Shown: positions 1 to 14,334, numbered from the stretch's first letter. The stretch is 64,000 nucleotides of DNA from Eledone cirrhosa (GCA_964016885.1 OZ024740.1:253146001-253210000); one strand, 5' to 3'. The notes: generated by a model not told the origin, from the letters alone. Translations and numbers: made by a program.

Positions 1-92
1 GGCTATTTATATCTGTCGCTTCCTCTGTCCCCTGCCTTGAGAACCACAGGGGTGACCCCGAGAGTATCGCCCACGCACAGACTTGTTTACGA

Positions 93-433
93 TGTAGCGA
101 GAGTACTGGGTTGCATGAATGTAACAAAACGAGACATGGTTTGTGTAGATAATATTTAATTAACAATGGTAGATAGTATAGTTGCATGTCAAAGAAATAG
201 ATGATAGAATGAAACAAAGTTAGTCGTTACCGTTTTGATTGCCAGGCAAACGCGGCTGGCAGAGGACGCCTGGCTAAGGCCAGCCAGGCGCCGGAAGGCC
301 AAATGAGAGGCAGAGCCAAATGAGAGAGTGAGAACTTAAAGTTGTTAGTTTTATAGGGTCCTGACCGGAAGTTACAGAAAGGGTTCTACTTCCCGTCTAG
401 ATGTTAATCCAAACAAGGGAGACAACCGCTACA
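93..433 (-). mobile_element. Possible solo LTR
   Basis: Begins TGTAGCG and ends CGCTACA (7-bp inverted termini, TG..CA); TATA-like CCCTATAAAA on the minus strand near 350; no target-site duplication found. Confidence 0.3.
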
Positions 434-600
434 AGCCCGTCATCTCCCCCATCTCTCTCGCCCTCTCCATCTCTCTGTATAGTGAGCAAATGGGGTCCTA
501 CATGCTGGCTGTCCCACAGCCCTGGCGGACAGAAAAGAAATGACGTTTCCCCGGAAATTAGGAGAGAATCGCTGGAAGAGCCATTCAGTTGCTAGTTTTT
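434..600 (-). mobile_element. 3' remnant of a CRE-like non-LTR retrotransposon
   Basis: Minus-strand translation EWLFQRFS..RGN..S resembles the RLE C-terminus; DNA at ~490-520 matches 59719-59750, the 3' end of the CRE-like element at the far end of the window. Confidence 0.55.
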
Positions 601-1974
601 CAAACTGCCAAGACATTGTAGTGAAAGCTGTCCACACCTTTACCTCAGGGTGACATTTAACAGTCATGTTTTGTCGCTAAAGGCTCTTCTGTGTTCAAAC
701 ACATTGCACCCGTCAAGAGTGTATTTTCATACTTGTGATGAACATTGTGAGAAAACGACTATTTCACCTGTAAGACAAGAGTTATCTCTCTAGACACAAC
801 CAGAGAATGTCTAGGATACAAAAGCAGGCACTCCCACTGAACTGTTCAGTTTAAGTATTAAGTAACACTTGGGCGGAAGTGACGTCACCGAGCCTTTGCG
901 CATGTATTCGCTACACACCCTACGTCGAGCAAACTTCGATCTCATCGGCGGGCATATATGCATATATGAGTGGAAGTGTATTTATGTATTTTTATATACA
1001 TGTGTGCACATGTGTATGTATGTATAGGTACATATGTATAAGATTATATGTGTGTCTATATACCTATGATATGATATGTGTGTGTGCATTCTCTGTACAC
1101 ACACACATATATGTTAGCTTTGCAGTCTGATCGACAGTAATTTCTGTATGTCTATGTGCGTATGTGTACATATGTATATACTTCTGTATATGTAAGTGCG
1201 TGTGTGTATCTAGATGTAAGCGAGTGATTTTGCGAGTATATGAACGGTGAATATTTTCGGAACGCACTCAAGTTAATAACCCTACTGTTCGCCGGTTACA
1301 CCGGTTTTGTTTAACGATTAAAAACCACGCTTGATTTGAAAGCGCTACGCATATGTGTATACGTGTATATATATACCTACAATATGTGTGTGTGTGTATA
1401 TTCTATACATACGCATATATGTATATGTTAGTTTTACAGTCGGGTCGACTAATTTTTCATATACGTGTGTGTTTATGTGCGAATGTGTACATATGTATTT
1501 ATATTTTTAAAACAATTTTATACGCCCCCCCCCCCCCCCCGAAAAAACCCAAATGGCATTCAACACACATCTGGGACTACATACAACAAAAGGCAGTGGA
1601 CAACCGAGCAGTACCGCGAGGAGCACTGGGAAACCTCTAATGATTTTTTAAGCACGCCAGCCTCTATATATTTCTGTAAACGTGATTGCATATGGGCATC
1701 TATATGTATGCTAGGGATTGTGTGAGTATATATCTGTATGTATATGTATATTTGAACGGGGATTATTTTTAGAACGTGCTAAATCTGTATAGGCCTATTG
1801 TTCCCCGGATTTGTTAATCGATTAAAAACAACGCTTGATTTGAAAGCATTCAACATGTTTATTTACCATTGAAAATTTAACAATGATTGAGGTAATATTT
1901 AATAATTTTTATTTCACAACTAAAGTTCATCTGGCTAATCTTACTGGTTAATCGATCCACCATAAATAGACTTG

Positions 1975-2382
1975 TGCAGTGACCTACATTCCGCGGGCTC
2001 ACATACATTCTCTGTGCGTGATTTGGCTCAGCTCAGCCAATCAACGCCAGTAGAAGAGGATGTATCCCTACGCGCCCTGAGGGAGAAATTCCCCGCGAAG
2101 ATTTAAAGAATCTCTCTCTCGCACCCGGAACTTCGAACCAGCAACACGTACAACATGTGACGGTGAGATTTTGCACTTTGGCCTGCCGGCTTTCCTTGGG
2201 CCTGGCACAATGGCACATTCCCTTTTGTAACCTCATTTTATGTGTAACTTCAACCATACAAGTTAACAAACATTATTTGTGCTACAACAAAAATAAACAT
2301 ACATTTCATCTCTAATTTCTGCTGTTGACAGCATTATTATGTTACTCGTGTCTCAATAACATTTATATACTATGCTGCTAAA
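1975..2382 (+). repeat. 5' LTR
   Basis: Matches 3822-4229 with about 5 substitutions counted by eye. Confidence 0.93.
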
Positions 2383-2384
2383 AG

Positions 2385-2402
2385 TGGTGACCCCGACGTG
2401 AT
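2385..2402 (+). promoter_or_regulatory. Primer-binding site complementary to the tRNA-Trp 3' end
   Basis: TGGTGACCCCGACGTGAT, 2 nt after the LTR; the 18-nt tRNA-Trp PBS. Confidence 0.9.
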
Positions 2403-3821
2403 GAATATTTTCAGTTCAAAATATTCCTTTTGAAATGACATTAAAATTGGCAGTGTATGTATAAAAAAAAAAAAAAATTTACGCCACGAGGAAATTTCAA
2501 AACGGCTACCACCAAAGTACTTCTCTACTACCAGCCATCAGCAGCAACACATGGCTAACTACTAACCAACACCAGGGAATGGCGATGTGGCAGCTTGTAA
2601 CTTTACCGACGCAACCACCATACCTTCTGTCTCGTTACCACAAGGACTCGAGAAATTAAGACATCAGTCTTCTCACCATTATGGCGTCAGACGTGGCTGC
2701 CATATTGGGGACTCTAGTTTCTTCAACGCTCGACTTCGACTCTACAGAAGATTCATTGTGACTTTGCTTTAACAACAACAACTCTACTAGCTCCCTAGTA
2801 AGAGCGATCCCAAAGAAATTTCAAAGAAAAGAAAAGCGAACTTTTTGTTAAAAGAAAAGAAACAATTCTTTCTTTCTTCCTTTTTTTTTCAGGCATTTAT
2901 TTTGGACATTTATTTTTTAAAAACTGTATTATATGGAAATTCATTTTTTTCTATCATCGTATATATGACTGCATCATTTTCTTTATCATTGTATATATGA
3001 CTGCACCCACACATTTATTTGCTGTATTACATGCCTGCATATGCACACATTTCTTTGTCACCCACCAACATGTTGTTCTTAGTATATGTTCTTCAAACGT
3101 AATATTCTGCGAGATCCCTTTTCACATGGTTGAGGTGCCGTCACATGCTAGTGACTCATAGAGCTTAATTCACCTGGATTCAAACAGGCACCGCAACACG
3201 AGAATGCTAATTGCAGCTGAACTCAAACAGTTTCGCATCTCGTTGCACACTCATCGTCCATAACAACCTCCATCTTGTTACCTTACCCGACTCACTGGGA
3301 AAACAACAAATAGAACTGGACTTGTCAGCATTTCCACCACTCCTGTGGATTCGCCCTAATTATGGAATTTACACTGCAACTACTACCCACCTACAGATTC
3401 AACTTGCTTTTTTCTTTTCAAAGCAACCAGCCATTTTTTCCTGGCTCCCTAGCACATTCGGCAATACATCTGGGAGGCCAACATTTTCTCTCCTACCCAT
3501 CATCTTCTTGCCAGCACTGGTAAACTACCACAATAGCTTCATCCACAGCTACTGGTACAACACTTACCATTAACATTTAATGCAAGAACAGCAACTTCGC
3601 CCATGTCAGACTTTATCCGTTTTCTGTTAGACCTTTGGTGGTCACGTATAAACTACAAACAGCTAGTCATTTGACACAGCGGCTCAACACGGGCCTTAGC
3701 GCCTCATTTTTTTTCTTGCATGCATCCTTCTGCTCAATTATATTTTCACTGATGTGCTCTTTCAGCATTTTTTCTTGTTGATTCAATAATCTGTATCGTC
3801 TTCCGTCTAGAGGGGGAGTAT

Positions 3822-4229
3822 TGTAGTGACCTACATTCCGCGGGCTCACATACATTCTCTGTGCGTGATTTGGCTCAGCTCAGCCAATCAACGCCAGTAG
3901 AAGAGGATGTATCCCTACGCGCCCTGAGGGAGAAATTCCCCGCGAAGATTTAAAGAATCTCTCTCTCGCATCCGGAACTTCGAACCAGCAACACGTACAA
4001 CATGTGACGGTGAGATTTTGCACTTTGGCCTGTCGGCTTTCCTTGGGCCTGGCACAATGGCACATTCCCTTTTGTAACCTCATTTTATGTGTAACTTCAA
4101 CCATACAAGTTAACAAACATTATTTGTGCTACAGCAAAAATAAACATACATTTCATCTCTAATTTCTGCTGTTGACATCATTATTATGTTACTCGTGTCT
4201 CAATAACATTTATATACTATGCTGCTAAA
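3822..4229 (+). repeat. 3' LTR
   Basis: Follows the polypurine tract; starts TGTAG; direct repeat of 1975-2382. Confidence 0.93.
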
Positions 4230-4932
4230 CTTGTTTTAACGGATAATTCATCACTCAAATTCCCTTGTAAAGAGTTGCGCTTTATGTAAACCTTTTTGAC
4301 TTGGTACACCTCACCTACATCTGTATATTCATTCATTAATTATTCCACCCACAAAGTTTTTCCATTTTCTTCCCTTTTTCCTTTCCTTTACAATTCTTCT
4401 TGTGCTTCTTTAACGAAGGGTGTTAGTAGTTGTTAGAATGATTATAACAAGAATAGCTGATTTACTTTATATATAAAGGTTTACTTCACTTCAGTCAAAA
4501 AGAACAATAAACAAGTTACCACGAGTTGCGAAGGTTGACAATGTTATTTTGTTGTTGGTTCACGAGGCTGGTGTATTCTGCGACAAGGAGAGAGAGAGAG
4601 AGGGTAATGGTCTGTAGTTGATTGTAGACCACTGTGGCCTGTAGATAGCGGTGATATTTACATAGCTTATTGCTAGCGTCTCTGTGTAGACGTGGGATTA
4701 TACAGGCTTTATATACCTGTCGCTTTCTGTCCCCTGCCGCGAGGGATCGCTCACGCATCAGCTTGTTAACGCCAAAAGGGTAACCTAGAGTTTGACCTTT
4801 AGGTGTCACCCAAAGTTCAAAGAGTGGACAGATTTCGCTACACTTCTTTACGTAAAAATCCCATGTTTTTGCTTTTCTATGTCTATGGAAGCACCCAACC
4901 GCTGATTTTTATTAATTTACAAGTGCCTTGTA

Positions 4933-5610
4933 GTGAATTATCCTCCGATCTCACTCACCTCTCATATGATCAAGGTATTTGAGAGGGTGGTGAGATCACG
5001 AATAATCCACTTTCTTGAAAGCAACAGACTGCTGAACTCCAACCAGCATGGGTTCCGTAATGGAAAGGACTGCCTAACGCAGCTCCTGCATCACTTTGAT
5101 GATGCTTTGAGAGCCTTGGGAGAGGGCTCCAACTCTGATGCCATCTACCTTGATTTCAGCAAGGCTTTTGACAGGGTTGATCATAAGATTCTATTGAAAA
5201 AAACTATCCAACATTGGTGTCTCTGGAAAGTTACTACAGTGGATCAAGTGTTTCCTGACAGACAGAGCCCAACATGTTGTAGTCAAGCCCAGCCAAAGTC
5301 AGCAGTGGCATTCCACAAGGCACCTTGTTAGGCCCACTTCTTTTCATCATCTACATTAATGACATTATCAAGCACAGCAACATAAGAATCTTCGCAGATG
5401 ATTCCAAGCTCAAGAAGGTCATCAATGAAGTGGGTGAACGGACATGCCTTCAGTCTGTTATCCTACTGGCTGTTATCCAATGGGCAGAAAAGAACAATAT
5501 GCTGCTGAATGAGAATAAATTTGAGTTAATCCACTTTGGAAAAGACGATACTCTGAAACTCCCATACTCAGGTGAAACTATCGTGGCATCCAACATCAGA
5601 GACTTGGAAG
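4933..5610 (+). pseudogene. CR1/L2-group LINE reverse transcriptase fragment
   Basis: NYPPISLTS..KVFER, QHGFR, YLDFSKAFDRVDH, LGPLLFIIYIND, FADDSKL across frameshifted ORFs. Confidence 0.9.
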
Positions 5611-6119
5611 TAATTTGGGTGTATATGTGCGTATATGAATGCGCGTATATGTATGGGTGTGGAGAGGATATGCAGGAGTATATATGTATATGTGTGTGTG
5701 TGGTTATTTGTCCATATTCGCATGTGGCTGTGTGTGTATCTGGGATTATATAATTATGATTATATACTTGTGTGTGTGTGTGTGTATATGGGTTGAAATA
5801 TGTGTATATATATATATGTGTGTGTGTGAGTATATGCGTATATGTATATAAGTGTGTATGTGCATGCATATGTATATATAGTGCTTATTTATTTATTCCC
5901 AGTTTCATTTTAATTTTGTGTTTACCGTATTTTATTTTATTTTATTTTAGTCGGGTGTGTACCGATATAGCTGTGTATGTGTGCTGGAGAGGATATAAGA
6001 GCGTGTATGTGCAAGTATACACACACACACATGTATATATATATGTATGTGTGTGTCTGGGTTTAATTATATCTATATCTGTGTACATATATATCTGTGT
6101 GTGTGTGTATATATATATA

Positions 6120-9100
6120 TCATCATCATCATCATCATTTTACGTCCGCTTTTCCCTGCTTGCTAGAGTGGGACGGGTCTTATTCAGCACAGCATCTCTC
6201 CACTTGTCACGATCCCTCGTCATCTCCACCATGAGCTTCAGTGATCTGAGGTCCGTTCTCACCACCTCCGCCCATGTTTTTCGAGGTCTACTTCTAGCAC
6301 GTCTTCCTTCAACTGGCATTTCTTGGCACTTCTTCACCCATCGGTTATCCTCCATGCGCATCATATGTCCATACCACCTCAGTCTCCTCTCTCGCACACT
6401 ACATTCTATCCCTCTCAGACACAGTTTCTCTCTCAACACATTCATGCTGGGTCGTTCACGCACATTGACATTGCACATCCAACGGAGCATGCTTGCCTCA
6501 TATCTCTGCAACGGTCGCACATCCTCTGCATTTGTTGCCCATGTCTCACTACCATGCAGCATCGCGCTCCTCACACATGCATCATATAACCGGCCTTTCA
6601 CACGCAGGGAGAAACCCTTCTTCGTCAGCAGAGGAAGCAGCTCCCTGAACTTCTTCCAACCCGTCCTTAATTCTAGATACTATGACCTTGGAACACCCCC
6701 TCCCATGCTAATCTGATCTAGGTACCGGAAGCTATCCACCACTTCTATAGCGCCCTCCTGCATTTAAAAAATGTGTCTATCAATGCGACTTCTACTGTCT
6801 AATTTCCCTGTACATCTACTGCATACATATTTCTCCCTACCTGTTAGTTTTCCTGCTATCCCGCTACATCTCTTGTGTACCCCGGATCTGCATTGTGTGC
6901 ATTTTATAGAATTTATGCCACTTCATTTTCTGCATATCGAACATGGCCATTTCCCTGACGGAATTAGAGTTTTGCCCTCTTTTCTACTCATCAACACTTT
7001 TGTCTTAGCTAGGTTCACTCTCACTCCTCTTAATTCCAACTGCTGTTTCCATAGCCAGATTTTATTCTCTAGCTCCTCTACTCATTCTGCTATAAGAACC
7101 AGATCATCAGCATAGAGAAGTTCCCATGGACAGCCGTCTTAAACTCCACTGTTATGGCTTGGAGGACTATAATGAACAAGAGCGGGCTGAGGACCGAACC
7201 TTGATGTACACCTACTTGTATCTGGAATTCCTCACTAAACTCCATTCCTACCCTGACTTTACTGACAGCACCTCTGTACAAAGTTTGCACTGTCCTCACA
7301 AGCCATTCCTCAACACCTAGTTTCCTTAGGGACCACCAGATGACAGATCGGGGTACCCTATCAAAGGCCTTCTCTAGGTCAACAAAGGCTAAGTATAGTG
7401 GCTTATTCTTCTCTAAGAACCTTTCTTGTAGTTGTTTCACTAAGAAGAGGGCATCTGTTGTACTCTTCCCAGGCACAAAACCAAACTGCATCTCATCTAA
7501 TTTGACCCTCTCTCTAATTAGTTGTGCTAATATCCTTTCTGCCACTTTCATAACCTGATCCATCAGTTTTATACCCCTTTAATTGCTCCTCTCCAGAGCA
7601 TTCCCTTTACCTTTGTAGCAATTTATAAGAATACTGCTGCACCAGTCTTTGGGTATGACACCACCATATATAGCCTGATTGATGATGCGTGCTACCAGTT
7701 TAGTGCCTACGTCTCCTGATGCCTTCAGCATCTCAGCAACTATCCCCGACGGTCCAGCAGCCTTACCATTTTTCATTTCCCTAATCGCCTCTTGGACCCT
7801 ATATTCGTCAATCTCAATAGCTGGTCCCTCTGTCGGATCTACTGAGAGTAATTTCTCTCTCTCCCATTCGTTCACATTCATCAGTCTCTCAGGCCTCCTT
7901 TTTCTGATCATTCGTGACACTAAGTACACCGGCATCATTCCAGACACATTTATCTCCAACAAAATCCTGATTTACACTGACACACTGCCTTGCAATGTGG
8001 AACACCGCACGCCTCTGATCTTCCCGTCGCAGAACATTGGCGAACCTCCTCCTCTCAGCTTCCCTGCGTGCTAAGTACACCTGATGTCTAGCTTCTCTCT
8101 TAGCGACTGTATATCCTTCTCTACTCCCACCATTTTTCCAAGCCTTCCATGCTAATCTTTTGTCTCTAATGGCCTTATCTACTGTGCTGTTCCACCACCA
8201 GGTCACTCTCTGTCTGGTTGGAGCTCTGCTCCAGCCACAAGTTTTATCAGTAGCCTGCAGTAAGTTGTCACGTAAGAAATTCCAGTTATTATTTATGTCA
8301 TACGTCTCTAAATCGTCTTCTTTTTCGTCATACACATCTTGAAGGGCTTTCCTAAATTTGTATTTTAGTGAAAGGTCTTTTAACTTCCAGACCTTTCTTC
8401 TCCACACCTTTCTGTATGTCTCATTCCATCTCTTGCTTACTGAGATATCACTAACAATATCTTCCCCAGGGTATGCCTTGGTATTTGACACCATCTGCCT
8501 GTTCCCCTTCCTAACTAGTAAGAAGTCAATCTGGCTTATGTGCTCGCCAGATTTGTAGGTTATTAGGTGGTTGGCAGGTTTCTGGAAGTTAGTGTTGCAA
8601 ATAGTCAGTGTATTTGCATCACAAAATTCAAGAAGTCTCACTCCTTCTTCATTTCTTGAGCCGTAACCGTGCCCACCTTGTACCCCAGTGTAACCATCCT
8701 GGAGCTGTCCAACATGACTATTGAAGTTCCCTGCTAGCATAACAATGTCTCCGTCTTCTGTCATTGCGGTTGTTTGTAAAAGTTGCTCGTAAAAGCAGTC
8801 TTTCTCTTCTTTGCCTAGGTCTGCTTGGGGAGTATAGGCAGAGATGCTTGTCAGTAGTCTCCTGCCTACAACTAATCTAAGCTTAATTATTCGATTATTA
8901 ACTCAAACTACCTCTATTGTCATATTGATCCATCTCTCAGCCAGGAAAATACCTACTCCCCCTAACCTATCATCCTTACCTACCCAGAAAAGCTTATAGC
9001 TAAGATGTTTGCCTGCGACTAGTCTCGCAGAGGCACCTCTCCACCTCAGTTCTTGCACGCAGCACACATGCCTTCTCTCCAACATCTCCACTATTTCACC

Positions 9101-9160
9101 AGATCTACCTCTGAGAGTGCTAACATTAAGTGCTGCAACTCTGAGATGCGACGTCTTCAT
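6120..9160 (-). mobile_element. RTE-clade LINE, near full length, frameshifted (APE endonuclease, RT, PHD-like finger)
   Basis: VCCVQELRW, AGNFNSHVG, QIDFLL (APE); QFGFVPG, FVDLEKAFDRVPR, GVHQGSVLSPLLF (RT); RRLRWYGH C-terminus; (ATG)n 3' tail. Confidence 0.93.
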
Positions 9161-9391
9161 ATTTTTGTCGTTCCTATATATTTGTTGCTGTGCTTATAAT
9201 TGTTTTGGCATTGATACACTGGTTGGATGCCCTTCCTAACACCAGCGCCACTTTACAGCATGGACTGGGTGCTTTTAGAGAGGATGTCTCTACCCCTCAA
9301 TTTTACAGCATGGTCGTGTGTGTGTGCATATATACGTACATATGTGTGTGTATGTATGTGTATATATGTGTACACATATGTAGATATATAT

Positions 9392-9810
9392 GCTGCATGG
9401 TAGTGAGACATGGGCAGCAACTGCAGAGGATATGTGATGGCTGGAGAGAAATGAAGCAAGCATGCTCCGTTGGATGTGCAATGTCAATGTGCATGAACGA
9501 CCAAGCATAAATGTGTTGAGAGAGAAGCTGTGTTTAAGAGGGATAAGTTGTATTGTGCAGGAGAGAAGACTGAGATGGTATGGACAAGTGATGCGCATGG
9601 AGGATGACCGCTGGGTAAAGAAGTGCCAAGAAATCCCAGTTGGAGGAAGATGCAGTAGAGGAAGACCATGAAAAACATGGGTGGAGGTGGTGAGAGCAGA
9701 CCTCACGGAGGAGATGACGAAGGACCATGACAAGTGGAGAGATGCTGTGCTGAATAGGACCCGTCCCACCCTTGCAAGCAGGGAAAAGCCGAAGTAAAAT
9801 GATGATGATG
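9392..9810 (+). mobile_element. RTE LINE 3' fragment
   Basis: MLRWMCNV..RRLRWYG; ends GCAAGCAGGGAAAAGC..TAAAATGATGATG as in the 6120 copy. Confidence 0.88.
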
Positions 9811-9984
9811 ATATATATATATATGTGTGTATGTGTATGTGTGTGTGTATATGTGTATATATATGTATATCTGCACGTGTGGGTCAATATATTTGTATGC
9901 ATATATGTGTGCATTGCAATGTCTTTGTGGATGTTTTCATATATATCTTGCAAGCAGGGAAAAGCGGACGTAAAATGATGATGA

Positions 9985-12900
9985 AAATGATCTGCCTTCC
10001 AAAAGCAAATCTACAATAAGTCCACTCAGTGAAAAACACCCTAAACAATATATGGACTCAAAAGCTCACAGCCCACAAATTTGCCTTTTGGAATCTCCTA
10101 AAAAATAATGGCAAGGCAGATATATATGAAAAGTGGCTAAACTCTACCCCAATCATCATCCAAAAAATACTCCAAATTAAACCCATCCCGAATGAACCAG
10201 AAAACCAACAAAAACTTAGGGAAAAGATGGCCTTAGAAAAGTTTAAAATAGAAATAGAACTGTTACAGTTAAGAGCCAACTCCAGTGAAGAAAAATTCAA
10301 GTCACTCGACCAACAGATGGAAACAGAAATCTCAAGGCACTCTGAAGGCCTACTCTATGAAAAAAACCTTCAAACATTGGAAAGAAAATTGCGAGGATGA
10401 AGAACTAACATCCCTCCAACGGAAGGGAAAACACGCCACCTGGTTCAACAACTACCAAATGGATTTAAAAAACGAACACCATACAGGTAACCCATTTTTA
10501 AAACAAACTAAAACTCACACACCACACTCACAACAAACAACAAAAAAAGTAACAAAACGTCCAACATACCCCCAGCAAAATTATGACGATAATCCCAGAA
10601 TCCATAGACAAAACTATAACCCTACTAAAAAAACTGAATGCCCTCCAACACAAGACAGGACCCGATCTCCAGATCACAACCCACACAAAACCTGTTCCAA
10701 AACCGTAGACCCCAACCAATACAGAACGTGTTCCAAAATCGTAGATCCCAACCCACACAAAGGAACAAAATTTACAACCCTGACCCTGACCATCAACAAA
10801 CCGAACCTCAATACATCCGAAACTTCTATACAAGACCACACAACAATAGGGGGAATGCCATTAGAAAAAACAATTCAGAAAAATCATTTTTTAGACCAAG
10901 GCTACAGGACTCACAACACCCGGTGGCACAAACCGATTTTGGAAAACTGAAAATAATCAATCTTTCAAATACAAACTTCTCAGCCCAACAAATTAAAATT
11001 CTCTCAAAAGGACTGAAATTCACACCAACACCACACTATTCTAACCTCAATGAGATAAATGATGATATCTCACACTTCTGTAGAAAATTACGTCTCACAG
11101 GAATTTTTTGACAAGGAGAATAACGAGGAATCAATTGTACGAATCAAAGCAGCTACAACCCAACAAAGGGCAGGAACAGAGTTCTGGACAAATTTTGTGA
11201 CCACATATCAACTTTCCCATACCATGAACTACCACAACCTAAATCCAAACCCAACACGAGTCGAAGGGAATGGGAGATTATCCATGAATTAAAAAAACAA
11301 TACTGACATTGTAATTAAGGAAGCAGGCAAGGGAAGTACTGTCGTCATTATGGATGCTGAACAGTATAAACATTCTATATTCTCTCTCTTACAAGACACT
11401 AACTACCATGAAAGAGTAAACAACTACCAGCAATCAAAAACGATGACCAGATTAAACACATTCATCTGTCAATACCAGAAAGACTTAACTAAACATTTTG
11501 AATACAAAACCAGCAACCTTTACGGACTTCCGAAGATCCATGAGTGTAAAACAATTAACAATGTCTGTAAAGAATCCACCTCAACCTGCATGAACACACA
11601 ATATCCCACTGACCTTAAATTAGGACCAATTGTAGCGGGCCCACAATGTGAAACACACAGACTAAGCAACTTTATAGACATACTACTAAAACCAATTCTC
11701 AAACACATACCATGCCTTGTAAGAGACGACCTGGACCGCTTAAACCACCTCCCCAACATGTCAATAATGACACTATTATTGTGTCTTTCGATGTAGTGAA
11801 TCTCTACATGACGATCCCACACCAATGCGGACAAGAAGCAATAGGATTCTGGCTAGAGAAATATCCCAATGAGATACCTGACAGAATAGAAAAAAGCTTC
11901 ATCACTGAGGGATTAAAATTTATTTTACAGAACAACTTTTTTGATTTCGATGGCAGCACTTACAAACAAATATCGGGGACTGCGATGGGTACAAAAGTCG
12001 CTGCAACTTATGCTAACTTAGTCATGGCATACTTGGAAATCCAGATATATGAACATTCCAAATCAAAATTCGGCTTGCACTTCCACAAATATTTATCAGA
12101 GAATTGGAAACGCTACTTGGATGATTGCCTTATTCTTTGGTCTCCCACACTCGACCAACTAAATGATTTCAAGAATTTAATTAACAGCATCAATAACCAC
12201 ATCCAATTTATAATGGAATATAGTCAAGACTAACTCTCATTTCTGGACACCTTAATCATAAAAAAAGACACAAATATTGAAACTGACATCCACTACAAAC
12301 CAACAGATTCCAAAGAATACCCGCTATTCCCCTCCAGCCATCCAAAGCACACAAAGATGAACATCCCTTTTAATCTAGCAATAAGAATGTGCACAATTGT
12401 CTCCAATTATGAAACACGAAATAAAAGACTTCAAGAATTAAAGGAAATTCTGCTCGAAAGACAGTACCCACCATTACTAATAAATAATGGAATAGAAAGG
12501 GCTAAAGCAATAAGCATTGATGAATTACGAAAACAGAAACAAATTCAACACACAACCCAAGAAATGCGGAAGCTTACAACATTATTCACAAGAACATCCC
12601 ACTATTGAAACAAGACCCAGGAATGAAAAAAGCACCTGAAACACACAAAATAATCAAAAGCAAAAGACAACCGAAACCACTAAAATAATTACTCATCAAT
12701 GCCAAATTACCCACCACAAGCACACAACCAACTGTCAAAAAATGTGGTCGCTCTAATTGCGCAACTTGCACTCCCCTCATTGACAATGTATACATTTCAA
12801 TCAGGACAAAATTTTGTTGTAAAAAATCCCTTCACTTGCTCATCAAATAATTTACTTTATGCCATTAAATGTAAAGGATGTAATGAAGATTATATAGGGC

Positions 12901-13070
12901 AAACTAAACTCATGCTCAGAAACAGGATGACAAGTCATCGCCAACAATTACAAGACCCTACCACAAGACAGATACCACTCAGTGCATATCTAGACATAAG
13001 ACACCCACATTCCAAGTCTTCCCACTTTATGTTTGCACTGACAATACAACAGATCAAATACGAATAAATA
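9985..13070 (+). mobile_element. Penelope-like element, degenerate (RT plus GIY-YIG endonuclease)
   Basis: INLS..ILSKGLKFTP, LYGLPKIH, GPIVAG, SFDVVNLY, GTAMGT..A.YANL, WKRYLDDC, then LLYAIKCKGC..YIGQT; many frameshifts. Confidence 0.92.
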
Positions 13071-13329
13071 AGGAAAATATGTTTATTCAAATATAGTTTA
13101 ATATACATTATACAACAGGCTAACCATCCAAACAGACACACACACATAACGCCCTCTTCTATATTCGAAAATAAAAGACCAGAGCTAAATATACTTTACA
13201 CCTTAAAATGCTAACCATACCCCCCCCCCCCCCCCCGCTCACACACATACACGCACACACATAACACCCTTCTCCATTTCTACTAATGGAATCATTTTCC
13301 TACACACATACACACACACAAATAAAAAT

Positions 13330-13585
13330 GAGAGAAGGCTGAGATGCGCATTGAGAATGACCGCTGGGTGAAGAAGTGCCAGAAAGTCCCAGTGGAGAGA
13401 AGACGCAGCAGAGGTAGATCACGAAAAACATTGCCGGAGGTGGTGAGAGCAGACCCCAGATCGCTGAAACTCACCGAGGAGATGCCGAAGGACCGTGACA
13501 AGTGGCGAGATGCTGTGCTGAATAGGACCCATCCAACCCTTGCAAGCAGGGAAAAGCGGACGTAAAATGATGATGATGATGATGA
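13330..13585 (+). mobile_element. RTE LINE 3' fragment
   Basis: DRWVKKCQ..RDKWRDAV, same 3' end and (ATG)n tail as the other copies. Confidence 0.88.
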
Positions 13586-13764
13586 TCTCTATTTTCTACC
13601 CTGTCACCACCACCACCACTATCGATACAAACATTCAATTTATTTCAATAGAAAGTCTGAATTTTGACACTTCAGCACACCAGCCATACTCACTGAACCA
13701 GAACAATTTCTCCCCATCCCTTTTCTTGACCATTATCTTTTGTTTGGCACAAAACTTTCTATGA

Positions 13765-14160
13765 CAAATCATGTGACTGTGAAAACGGCTATAAAGAACC
13801 CCCAAATAGGAACTGGCACGAAATTTAATGTACTTATTCACGTGACAGTCATAACAAACCAAATTACATTTATAAAAAAGCAACAATTTGAGCCACTTTT
13901 TAAAGTGAAAATGACAATAAAGAACCCTCAAACTTGAACTGGTATGAGAGTTGATGTGCTTATTCACGTGAGTCATCAACCAACTAAATTTCACTTATAT
14001 ATGAAAAAACAACAATTTGAGCCACTTCTTTTAAAGGCAAATACAATAAGAACTTTGTAACGCGAACTGGCACAAAATTTATTATGCTTATTCACGTGAC
14101 AGTCATCAACCAACCAAATTACTTTTTTTTTAAACCTAGCAATTCGAGCCACTTTTTCCA
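13765..14160. repeat. Diverged tandem repeat, ~127-bp unit, about 3 copies
   Basis: TTATTCACGTG recurs at 13834, 13960 and 14088, each followed by AAT(T)TGAGCCACTT-like blocks. Confidence 0.75.
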
Positions 14161-14334
14161 CATAAAACAAAAGTAACATAAGAACACCAACCAGATGCGA
14201 GAAAAACCACAAACCCTCCATCTCAATTCTACTTTTGAAATGCATAAGAACTGTGAAACCGGTAAAGGAAACAAATAAATATTCTTAAAAAGACTCCAGT
14301 TGCATTTTCGATTTCTTTTCCTTATATATATAGA

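Larger units (their letters stand above)
1975..4229 (+). mobile_element. Non-autonomous LTR retroelement (Gypsy-like, TRIM/LARD type)
   Basis: Two 408-bp direct repeats, PBS after the 5' LTR, polypurine tract AGGGGGAG at 3811-3818, 4-bp TSD CTTG (1971-1974 / 4230-4233); no gag/pol ORF inside. Confidence 0.92.

Noticed and set aside
2033-2269. Duplicated 78-aa ORF (also 3880-4116)
   Set aside because: Lies antisense inside the two LTRs and has no recognisable domain.
5639-6120. Y/I/C/V/H/T-rich ORFs here and at 879, 9772, 16685, 47402, 56907
   Set aside because: Translations of (TA)n, (CA)n and (TG)n microsatellites.
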